Shown piece after piece: positions 16,698 through 25,488 of a stretch of DNA of 32,000 nucleotides. Source of the DNA: Candidatus Saccharimonadota bacterium (GTDB lineage: Bacteria > Patescibacteriota > Saccharimonadia > Saccharimonadales > Saccharimonadaceae); contig CP006915.1 of NCBI GenBank assembly GCA_000503915.1, positions 690,001 through 722,000 of the forward strand. Reading direction: 5' to 3'. The notes under the pieces were generated by a model that worked only from the letters and a program-made list of their open reading frames with translations, did not search any database and was not told the origin of the DNA. How positions within the stretch are numbered: the stretch's first letter is position 1; the number at the start of each line of letters is the position of its first letter. The position numbers and the translations under genes are program-made.

Positions 16698-17110
16698 TAC
16701 TTAGACTCCTTTTTCGTACCGTACTTGGAACGGCCTTGGGCACGCTTCTGGACACCTTGCAGGTCAAGCGCACCGCGTACGATGTGGTAGCGCACACCCG
16801 GAAGGTCTGGTACACGTCCACCACGTACCAGCACGACGGCGTGCTCCTGGAGGTTGTGGCCTTCACCACCGATGTAAGCCCAGACTTCATCTTTATTCGT
16901 TAGACGAACGCGCGCTACCTTACGCAGAGCAGAGTTAGGCTTTTTCGGAGTTTTTGTGGTCACCTTAATACATACGCCGCGCATAAGCGGTGCATTTTGA
17001 TTTGTGTAGCGTGTTTTTAGAGCGTTATAGCCTTTTCCTAGATGCGGCGACTTGCTCTTTTTCGGAGCAGTCTTGCGAGGCTTTCGCACCAATTGGTTAA
17101 TCGTTGGCAT
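16697..17110 (-). CDS. rpsL: 30S ribosomal protein S12
   Basis: 137 aa with [23 protein letters not shown] and [10 protein letters not shown]. It overlaps rpsG in TAATG. Confidence 0.97.
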   Translation of the reverse strand: MPTINQLVRKPRKTAPKKSKSPHLGKGYNALKTRYTNQNAPLMRGVCIKVTTKTPKKPNSALRKVARVRLTNKDEVWAYIGGEGHNLQEHAVVLVRGGRVPDLPGVRYHIVRGALDLQGVQKRAQGRSKYGTKKESK

Positions 17111-17286
17111 AAAAAATGCTGACTCCTAAAACTTTTAGTAATTATTAGACGAATGTATCACGCAGCAAACGTGCTGAACTCGTTCGCATCCTTGCTAAAG
17201 GGACACTGAAACTCTTGTCATTAGAGTAACAGATTCTACTCTGTATGTCTAGACGGTAGCGGGTTCTGGCAACATCCGACTAACGA

Positions 17287-17315
17287 TAAATAGCCCTTGT
17301 GTTCAGGGCTATTTA
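17287..17315 (-). terminator. terminator-like hairpin after rpoC
   Basis: An 11-bp stem (TAAATAGCCCT pairs with AGGGCTATTTA). Only a weak T-run (TTTATCGTT) follows on the minus strand. Confidence 0.5.
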
Positions 17316-17331
17316 CCTGCCTTAGTGCGAA

Positions 17332-20300
17332 CTATCCAGCAATCTCAGCATCTTCGGCGATGTGATCGGTGAAGTCAGTATCTGCTTCGACATCAGCATT
17401 CGCGTATGTCATCGCTCCTGTACCTACCGGAATCTTACGACCGATGATCACGTTTTCCTTCAGTCCGTGCAGATGATCGGCGCGACCAGAAGTCGCCGCA
17501 TTGATCAGCACGCGAGTCGTGTCCTGGAATGATGCCGCACTAAGCCAGCTATCGCTCCAGATCGAGACCTTGGTGATACCGAGCAATAGCTGGGCATACT
17601 GCACCAAGTCTTTGCTTTCATTTGCAAGCTGTTCATTGGCGTCGACGACAGCCGCCTTAGAGACGATATCGCCCATTACAAAGGCGCTATCCCCTGGATC
17701 TTCGACCTGCACACGACTAAACATCTGGCGAACGATGATCTCCAGGTGCTTGTCGGCCACGTCTTGACCTTGAGCAGCATAGATACGCAGCACTTCATTG
17801 ATGATGTAGCGCTGTGTGGCTTCGACACCCTTCAGGCGCATCAAGTCGTGCAAGTTCAGCGAACCGATTGTCAGGCGGTCACCGGCCACCACACTATCGC
17901 CGGCACTAACCACCAGTTGTGTTGAACCAGGGATCTCGTAGCGAACGGGCGCACTGGCATTTGCGGCAATGACGAGCGTATCTTCAGCTACTTCAACCAC
18001 CCCGTCAAACGGTGCGACGAGCGGCTTAGTGTCACCCTTTGCGGTGGCAAGCACGTCACCAGTTTTTACACTACTGCCGGCCTTTACCTTTACCGTTCGG
18101 CCATCAAGCGGCAGACGTTCCACCGTACCTGACTCTGGAGTAACCTGTACGATATAGTTCTTGCCATCTTCCCAGACATCAACCAACCCGGTGACTTCAG
18201 TAGTGTGCGCCTGACCTTTCGGCGAGCGAGCTTCAAACAGTTCCTCGACACGTGGTAGACCCTGCGTAATGTCACCACCAGCTACACCGGAGGCATGGAA
18301 GGTACGCAGTGTCAGCTGAGTACCTGGCTCACCGACCGACTGAGCGGCAATGACACCAACCGGCTGCGCTGGTGCGACCAAGCTACCTGTTGCCATGTCG
18401 ATACCATAACTTCGCTGTGGAATACCTCGAAGGTTATTGGTAGACAGAACAGACTGGATCTTCACCAAAGTGATGTCCTTGTCTGCTTCGATAGCGTCAG
18501 CGACTTCACGGCTGATCAGCTCATTCTTGCCAATATGACCTGGTATTTCTTCAGCAGTATAGCGGCCGTAGAGACGGTTACCAAAGTCGATCATCGTTAG
18601 TTCGGACTCGCTGCGGTGGATCGTAAATCCATCGTCGTCACCAGCCTCGTCCTCGACAGTAAAGACATCTTGCGAGACATCAACCAAACGGCGAGTCAGG
18701 TATCCCGAGTCAGCCGTCTTGAGGGCGGTGTCGATCAGACCTTTACGAGCACCTCGAGTCGCCACGAAGGCTTCCAGGCTGGAAAGTCCCTTCTTGAACG
18801 AGCTCCGAATCGGTAGCTCAATCTCACGGTTGGTCGCATCGACCTGAATACCAATCATCGCACTCGCCAGTTTGACGTTTGAGATATCACCACGAGCACC
18901 AGAGTTAACCATGACGGAAATACTGGTATCCATGCCAGCCAGCTGGTCGCGTAGGAACTGCTCAACGCGCGAGTCGACACTTCGCCAGTTGGCGACGGTT
19001 AGACTATAGCGTTCACTCTCAGTGATCAATCCCTGGTCGAACTGTTCTGAGATAAGCGCAGCCTTGGCATCGCCTTCAGCGACGAATTCACCGATCTCAT
19101 CAAAGCTGATGTAGTCGTCCTTGCCGGTAGAAACGGCGGCAATCGTTGCAAAACGGAAAGCCAGACCTTTCATACGGTCGGCCGTCCGAGCAGTTTCTTC
19201 GGCGCCGTAGCGCGCAAAGATTTTCGCCAGAACTTTCTTCAGCTGCTTCTTGCTCTGAATGCTGTCGTCGTACGGAAAGTCGCTTGGTAGAATCTCATTA
19301 AAGAAGACTCGACCGAGCGTGGTGTCGCGCACTTCACCCTTGGCAAATATACGAATCGGTGTCTGGAGCTGCAATTTACCGCCGTCGTAGGCCATCTCGG
19401 CTTCGTATACCGAGCTGTATGCCTTGCGGTCTTTTGTCTGGGCGCTTGGCTTTTCGTACGTCAGGTAGTAGTTGCCGAGCACGACGTCCTGGCCGATATT
19501 GAGTACCGGCGAACCGTCGGCTGGCTTCAGCAGGTTGTTTGTAGCGCTCATTAGTTCACGCGCTTCAGTTTGCGCCTCGTCACTTAGTGGCAGGTGAACC
19601 GCCATCTGGTCACCGTCGTAGTCGGCGTTAAATCCATTGGCAACCAGTGGGTGTAACTGAATTGCTTTACCTTCGACAAGTTTCGGCTGGAAGGCCTGAA
19701 TACTCAGACGGTGCAGCGATGGTGCACGGTTCAGTAGTACGTATTTACCTTCGATAACAGCATCGAGTGCGTCCCAGACCAAGGCGTCACCAGCTTCGAT
19801 CAGACGAGTTGCCGAGCGAATATTGTGCGCGTGTTCACCGCGAATCAGCCAACTGATCACAAACGGCTTGAATAGCTCAAGCGCCATCTGCTTCGGCAAA
19901 CCACATTCGCTAATCTTTAGCTTTGGACCAACTACGATGACGGAGCGGCCAGAGTAGTCGACTCGCTTACCAAGCAAGTTCTGGCGGAAACGCCCTTGCT
20001 TACCTTTCAGCATGTCGCTGATCGACTTGAGGCGTCGGCGACCACCGGTCGCATTGACGGCACGGCCACCGCGAGCAGCTGAATTGTCAATCAAGGCGTC
20101 AACTGCCTCTTGTAGCATACGCATTTCGTTGCGTCGGATCACTTCCGGCGCATTTAGCTCAATTAGTTTCTTGAGACGATTGTTACGGTTGATGACGCGG
20201 CGGTAGAGATCATTGAGGTCACTTGTTGCAAAACGACCACCGGTCAGCTGCACCATCGGACGAAGATCCGGTGGGATAACTGGCATAACGGTCATACAGA

Positions 20301-21177
20301 GGCTGCTCGGCTTGATACCGGCTGCCTGCATGCTTTCGAGCACCTTTAGGCGCTTGAGCAGCTTCTTCTCTCGTTGGCCTTTGGCGGACTCAACTTCCTC
20401 AGTCAATTGTGCGATCAACATCGGAAGGTCGATCTCATCAAGTAGCGCGTGCAGCGCTGTGCCGCCCATGCCAACCTCCACCAATTCTTCGTATTCCTCA
20501 GGAAGGTTACGGTAGTCGGTTTCAGTAATGAGTGCACCCTTTACCAAGCTCTCGAGCTGAGTTTTCTTGGCGAGGTAACGCTCCTCAAGCTCATCATTTT
20601 CTTTGGTACGTGCCTCTGCCAGAGCTTTGACGTCGACGTTCTCGGCTTCTGCCTCTTTTTCGTAGCGTATTTTGATCGCTGCGCGGCCAGCTTCGGTCTC
20701 AGCCTCAAGATCAGCCAACATTTGGTCACGCTTTTCGGTATCAGCTTTCAAGATAACGTAAGTTGCAAAGTAAGCAATGCGCTCAAGGTTTCGCACCGTC
20801 AGACCAAGCAGCAGGCTCATCGCACTTGGCGTACCGCGCATAAACCAGATGTGCGCAACTGGTGCGGCTAGGTTGATGTGCCCCATTCGTTCACGTCGGA
20901 CGATTGCTTTCGTGACGAGCTCACCGTTCTTGTCAACAGCTGCTTCACGCGAGCGAACACCTTTTAGTTTACTGTCGTGCGGGTTAATGTCCTTGACTGG
21001 ACCGAAAATTCGCTCACAGAACAGGCCGTCACGTTCAGGCTTCTGAGTTCGATAGTTGATCGTTTCCGGTTTGGTTACCTCACCGTGACTCCATTTAAGG
21101 ATATCGTCCGGGCTGGCAACGGCGAGGCGAACAGCATCGAAATCGGCGATACCACTTGTTTGAATCACCCGTGTCAT
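17332..21177 (-). CDS. rpoC: DNA-directed RNA polymerase subunit beta-prime
   Basis: 1281 aa with [29 protein letters not shown] and the trigger loop [26 protein letters not shown] (no SI3 insertion). Confidence 0.98.
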   Translation of the reverse strand: [1281 protein letters not shown]

Positions 21178-21178
21178 A

Positions 21179-24100
21179 TTACTGCTCCTCCTTTACTTCT
21201 TCTATGTCTTGGACATTCAGCCCGTCTTCCTCAAGATCAATGTCGTCAGCTTCATCGAGGATTGTTTCTACATTGTCGTCAGTGTCGATTATCGCGATTG
21301 GAACCGTTTTGTCTGCTGGACCAGCTTCTGCGATAACATCTTCGGCATCGATGATCTCAGATTCGTCGAGCAGGTCAACACGCAGCCCGAGCCCCTGAAG
21401 CTCTTTCACCAACACGTTGAAGCTTTCTGGTAGTTTTGGACCAACGATTTGTTCGTCTTTGATGATCGATTCGTAGGCCTTAGCTCGGCCATAGACGTCG
21501 TCGGACTTGATTGTTAGCATCTCCTGCAGGGTTGTCGCTGCGCCGTATGCCTCAAGCGCCCACACCTCCATTTCACCGAAACGCTGACCACCGTTTTGTG
21601 CTTTACCACCGAGCGGCTGCTGCGTGACCATCGTGTAGGGACCAATAGAACGAGCGTGGATCTTGTCTTGTACCATGTGGTGTAGTTTGATGATATGCAT
21701 CACACCGACTGTCGTTCGCTCTTCAAATGGCTCACCAGTACGACCATCGAATAGTTGGCTCTTACCGTCGCGGGCGAGACCAGCTTTCTCGAGTTCGTCA
21801 GAGATAACCTCGTTTGGTACCCCATTAAATGGTGGTGTAGCTACCTTGTAGCCCAGCGCACGCGCTGCCATACCGAGATGTGTTTCAAACAGCTGTCCGA
21901 TATTCATACGAGATGGCACACCGAGCGGGTTCAAGACAACATCGACGGCTGTACCATCTTCCATAAACGGCATGTCCTCAACGGGGAGAATACGAGCGAC
22001 AACGCCCTTGTTTCCGTGTCGTCCTGCCAGCTTGTCGCCGACAGAGATTTTACGTAGCTGCGCTACAAAGATTTGAATTTGCATCAGCACGCCAGCCTTT
22101 AGCTCATGACCGTTCTCGCGTGAGAAGATCTTTACACCGACAACCTTGCCGCCACCAGCATTATTCATACGCTGAGAGGTATCGCGGACGTCCTTGGCTT
22201 TTTCACCAAAGATAGCCCGTAGCAATCGTTCCTCAGAACTGAGTTCCTGCTCACCCTTTGGCGTAATCTTGCCGACCAGCACGTCGCCAGCCTTGACTTC
22301 AGAGCCAACCTGGACAATACCATTTTCGTCGAGATGACGCAGGCTTTCTTCGGACACGTTCGGGATGTCACGAGTGACGATCTCTGGGCCAAGTTTTGTT
22401 TCACGGACTTCAACATTGTAGTCCTTGATGTTGATGCTGGTGAGTGTATCGTCTTGGACGAGCCGGCTCGAAAGCACGATCGCGTCGTCCATATTGTAAC
22501 CACCCCATGGCATGAAGGCGACGGTCAGGTCTTTTCCGAGTGCCAGTTCGCCATCAGCGATCGAAGCACCTTCGATCAAAACATCACCCTTCTTGACCTT
22601 CTGCCCGCGCGTCACACAGACCTTCTGGTTGATCGAGCGGTCGTCGTTACTCTTGGCAAAGTGAATTGGCTCGTATACCTTGACACCGTCCTTATACTTG
22701 ACGTGTATTTGACCACCGTCAGCACGAACCACTTCTCCTGCGCCTTCGGCAACAACCAGCTGGCTTGAATTCCGAGCAATCTCGCCCTCAATACCAGTAC
22801 CAACGATTGGCGCTTCCGGTGTCAAAAGAGGTACAGCTTGCTTTTGCATGTTCGTACCTGTGAGACTTCGGTCGATACGGTTCTTCTCAATGAATGGCAC
22901 GAGGCTAGCTGGCGCACCAAGAATCTGCTTGTGTGCCGCGTCCATGTAGGTAACGTCGCTGGCGTCCACTTGCTCTGGCAAGAGACCGTTTCGAGCGCTG
23001 ACGCGCTCAGCAATAAACTTACCGTTTTTATCGAGTTCGGCACCGGCATCGGCGATAACTTCATTTACTTCCTGCGAAGCGTCGAGATAGACAACCTCAT
23101 CGGTCACTTTACCTTTTTCCACCCTGAGGTAGGGGGTTTCGATAAAGCCGTATTCGTTGATACGAGCGTACGAAGCTAGGTTGAGCACCAAACCAATGTT
23201 GGCGCCTTCTGGTGTTTCGACTGAGCAGAGACGACCGTAGTGAGTTGGATGCGCGTCACGCACGTCAAAACCGGCGCGTTCACGCGACAGACCACCCGGA
23301 CCCATCGAGCTGAGGCGTCGCTTGTGCGAAAGTTCAGAAAGCGGGTTAACTTCGTCCATCAACTGAGAAAGTTGACTCGAGGCAAAGAATTCGCGCACAG
23401 CCGCGACTACTGGACGAGCATTGATCAGCTGACCAGGGGTAACACTTTCAATATCACTCATACTCATGCGGTCCATAGCGTTACGCTGCATGCGGAGCAT
23501 ACCAACGCGGAACTGGCGGGCGACAAGTTCACCGACGAGTTTCACACGGCGGTTTGACAGTGCGTCGATATCATCGGCAGATTCCTGCGAATTGTTCAGT
23601 CGAATAATCTCTGAAATAATCGCTACTAGGTCGCTCATCTGGAAGACACGCTGCTTGGCAGTATTAGCTACGTTGAGGCCAAGGCGCTGATTAAGCTTGT
23701 AGCGGCCGACACGAGAATAGTCAAAGCGCTTGAAATCAAAGAACATCCGCTCAATCATCTGACGGGCGTTGTCGACGGTTGCGAGGTCGCCCGGGCGCAG
23801 GCGACGGTAGACTTCGATCAAAGCTTCGTTAGAGCCACGTGCTGGATCTTTGTCGAGCGTCGCATCGATGTATTTGACATCACCGGTATCGATACCTTCG
23901 AACAAACTCCTGATTTCGCTCGTCTTGCTGTGGCCAAGAGCTCGTAGCAGTGTCGTTACGGGTAGTTTACGACGGCGATCGATTTTGACGTAGATCGCCC
24001 CATTAGCAGCAGTCTCAAACTCAAGCCAGGCACCACGGCCGGGAATCAGCTTCGCGCCATAGTAGTTGCGACCAGCGACAATATCAGCCGTGAAGAATAT

Positions 24101-24529
24101 ACCGGCAGAACGGATCAGCTGGGACACGACGACGCGCTCAGTACCATTAATAATAAAGGTGCCGCGGTCGGTCATCCAAGGGTAGTCGCCGAGGTAGATC
24201 TCTTGTTCTTTAACCTCACCAGTAACCTTATTGGTCAGCTCAACCGTTGCGTGCAAGGGAGCATCAAAAGTAATATTATTTTCTTTTGCAAACTGTTCAC
24301 TATTTTTCGGCTCTTGAAACGCATATTTCCCGAAGCGAAGTTCGAGCTTTTGGCCCGTGTAGTCTTCGACTGGGTTAAGTTCCGCAAAAATCTCACCCAG
24401 ACCCGTCTCGACAAACTCGCGCCACGAGTCTTTCTGATGGATCATGAGATTTGGGAGCGGCAGTGCCGTGTCGTCCTTGGTAAAGAAAACACGACCATTT
24501 ATTGGGGTAGCAGGCTTGGTATTGGCCAC
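21179..24529 (-). CDS. rpoB: DNA-directed RNA polymerase subunit beta
   Basis: 1116 aa with SQLSQLMDEVNPLSELSHKRRLSS, GRHGNKGVV and LHHMVQDKIHARS. It starts at GTG with a GAGGAG SD, and its stop lies 1 nt from the rpoC ATG. Confidence 0.98.
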   Translation of the reverse strand: MANTKPATPINGRVFFTKDDTALPLPNLMIHQKDSWREFVETGLGEIFAELNPVEDYTGQKLELRFGKYAFQEPKNSEQFAKENNITFDAPLHATVELTNKVTGEVKEQEIYLGDYPWMTDRGTFIINGTERVVVSQLIRSAGIFFTADIVAGRNYYGAKLIPGRGAWLEFETAANGAIYVKIDRRRKLPVTTLLRALGHSKTSEIRSLFEGIDTGDVKYIDATLDKDPARGSNEALIEVYRRLRPGDLATVDNARQMIERMFFDFKRFDYSRVGRYKLNQRLGLNVANTAKQRVFQMSDLVAIISEIIRLNNSQESADDIDALSNRRVKLVGELVARQFRVGMLRMQRNAMDRMSMSDIESVTPGQLINARPVVAAVREFFASSQLSQLMDEVNPLSELSHKRRLSSMGPGGLSRERAGFDVRDAHPTHYGRLCSVETPEGANIGLVLNLASYARINEYGFIETPYLRVEKGKVTDEVVYLDASQEVNEVIADAGAELDKNGKFIAERVSARNGLLPEQVDASDVTYMDAAHKQILGAPASLVPFIEKNRIDRSLTGTNMQKQAVPLLTPEAPIVGTGIEGEIARNSSQLVVAEGAGEVVRADGGQIHVKYKDGVKVYEPIHFAKSNDDRSINQKVCVTRGQKVKKGDVLIEGASIADGELALGKDLTVAFMPWGGYNMDDAIVLSSRLVQDDTLTSINIKDYNVEVRETKLGPEIVTRDIPNVSEESLRHLDENGIVQVGSEVKAGDVLVGKITPKGEQELSSEERLLRAIFGEKAKDVRDTSQRMNNAGGGKVVGVKIFSRENGHELKAGVLMQIQIFVAQLRKISVGDKLAGRHGNKGVVARILPVEDMPFMEDGTAVDVVLNPLGVPSRMNIGQLFETHLGMAARALGYKVATPPFNGVPNEVISDELEKAGLARDGKSQLFDGRTGEPFEERTTVGVMHIIKLHHMVQDKIHARSIGPYTMVTQQPLGGKAQNGGQRFGEMEVWALEAYGAATTLQEMLTIKSDDVYGRAKAYESIIKDEQIVGPKLPESFNVLVKELQGLGLRVDLLDESEIIDAEDVIAEAGPADKTVPIAIIDTDDNVETILDEADDIDLEEDGLNVQDIEEVKEEQ

Positions 24530-24681
24530 GTCTGTTGCTCTCCTCGCATGAATTGTTAGGGGTTGATGATACTGGTAGGGCGCCCGAAGTTACCTAAGCC
24601 TTTACTGTCTACACGCAAAAAACGCCTCGCCTTATAGCGTGCGTGCAATAACAGCAGCTTATTCAACCTTCATTACGTTTT

Positions 24682-24710
24682 AGTATGAAGGATTATGGAA
24701 CAAACGTCAA
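24682..24710 (-). promoter_or_regulatory. candidate rpoBC promoter TTGACG-17-CATACT
   Basis: Hexamers read on the minus strand immediately after the clpP stop. The predicted leader is about 145 nt. Confidence 0.4.
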
Positions 24711-24718
24711 GAAAAAAG

Positions 24719-25315
24719 TTAGGCTTTTGTGACGACCTTATCGGCGAGGCCGTAGTCAACCGACTCTTCAGAGCTCATCCAGAAGTCACGGTCAACGTCT
24801 TTTTCGATCTTCGATAGTTTTTGACCGGTGTTCTTGGCTAAAATCTCATTGAGGCGCTGTTTGAGGCGTAGACCTTCACGGAGCGTGATTTCCTGGTCGC
24901 TGATTTTGCCTTGCGTGCCAGAGCTGGGCTGATGGATCATCGCACGAGAGTTGGGTAGCATAAAACGCTTTCCTTTTGCACCGCTTGAAAGCAGAAACGC
25001 CCCCATACTGGCCTGCAGACCAATTCCGTATGTGGCAACGTCCGGCTTAATAAACTGCATTGTGTCGTAAATCGCCAGGCCATCGTAAACGCTGCCACCC
25101 GGACTATTGATGTAGAGTGAGATATCGGCTTTCGGGTCTTCGTAGGCTAGGTGCAGTAGCTGCGCCACGACGAGATTCGCCGTATGCTCATTAACTTCTT
25201 CACCGAGAAAAATGATGCGCTCTTTCAAGAGACGAGAGTAAATATCAAACGCGCGCTCCCCGTCACGCGAACTTTCGATAACTGTTGGGACAAGATAATT
25301 GCGAGGCTTGTTCAT
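24719..25315 (-). CDS. clpP: ATP-dependent Clp protease proteolytic subunit
   Basis: 198 aa from the ATG at 25315. The catalytic triad contexts [16 protein letters not shown] and DRDFWMS are present. The upstream TTG extension in the ORF track is rejected. Confidence 0.95.
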   Translation of the reverse strand: MNKPRNYLVPTVIESSRDGERAFDIYSRLLKERIIFLGEEVNEHTANLVVAQLLHLAYEDPKADISLYINSPGGSVYDGLAIYDTMQFIKPDVATYGIGLQASMGAFLLSSGAKGKRFMLPNSRAMIHQPSSGTQGKISDQEITLREGLRLKQRLNEILAKNTGQKLSKIEKDVDRDFWMSSEESVDYGLADKVVTKA

Positions 25316-25322
25316 AACACCA

Positions 25323-25352
25323 AGTATACACAAAAACTAGCACTCCTGTAAA
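25323..25352 (-). promoter_or_regulatory. candidate clpP promoter TTTACA-18-TATACT ending 7 nt before the ATG
   Basis: Hexamers read on the minus strand. The -35 lies in the loop of the tig terminator hairpin. Confidence 0.45.
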
Positions 25353-25366
25353 GAGAGTGCTAGTTT
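25334..25366 (-). terminator. intrinsic terminator of tig
   Basis: A 12-bp perfect stem (AAACTAGCACTC pairs with GAGTGCTAGTTT) with a 9-nt loop, followed by TTGTGT on the minus strand. Confidence 0.75.
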
Positions 25367-25488
25367 ATCTAGTTTTATGAATACGTAGAGACTGAGCAGA
25401 CCCTGGCGGCTACCATAGGCAGCCGGAGTTTCCTGATTGTACATACTCTCCCCTCCCTATCACTCTGCCGAGAGCTGAGGTTACTGTA

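Noticed and set aside
17111-17331. rpsL upstream region, searched for a promoter or riboswitch
   Set aside because: The best hexamer pairs (TAGACA-17-TACTCT, TTTGCT-16-TAATAA) are weak and no conserved structure is recognisable. rpsL may also be read through from the weak rpoC terminator. I made no call.
23303-23383. Possible rifampicin-resistance signature in the rpoB cluster I region
   Set aside because: The equivalents of the principal resistance positions D516, H526 and S531 are unchanged (SQLSQLMDEVNPLSELSHKRRLSS). Only peripheral differences are present (F514L, Q517E, N518V by eye), so no resistance call is justified.
25367-25488. 120-nt untranslated stretch between the tig stop and its terminator, examined for a small RNA
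   Set aside because: I could find only short, imperfect hairpins and a repeated AAACTAG. It bears no resemblance to SRP RNA, tmRNA, 6S or RNase P motifs that I can recognise, so I treat it as a 3' UTR until searched with covariance models.
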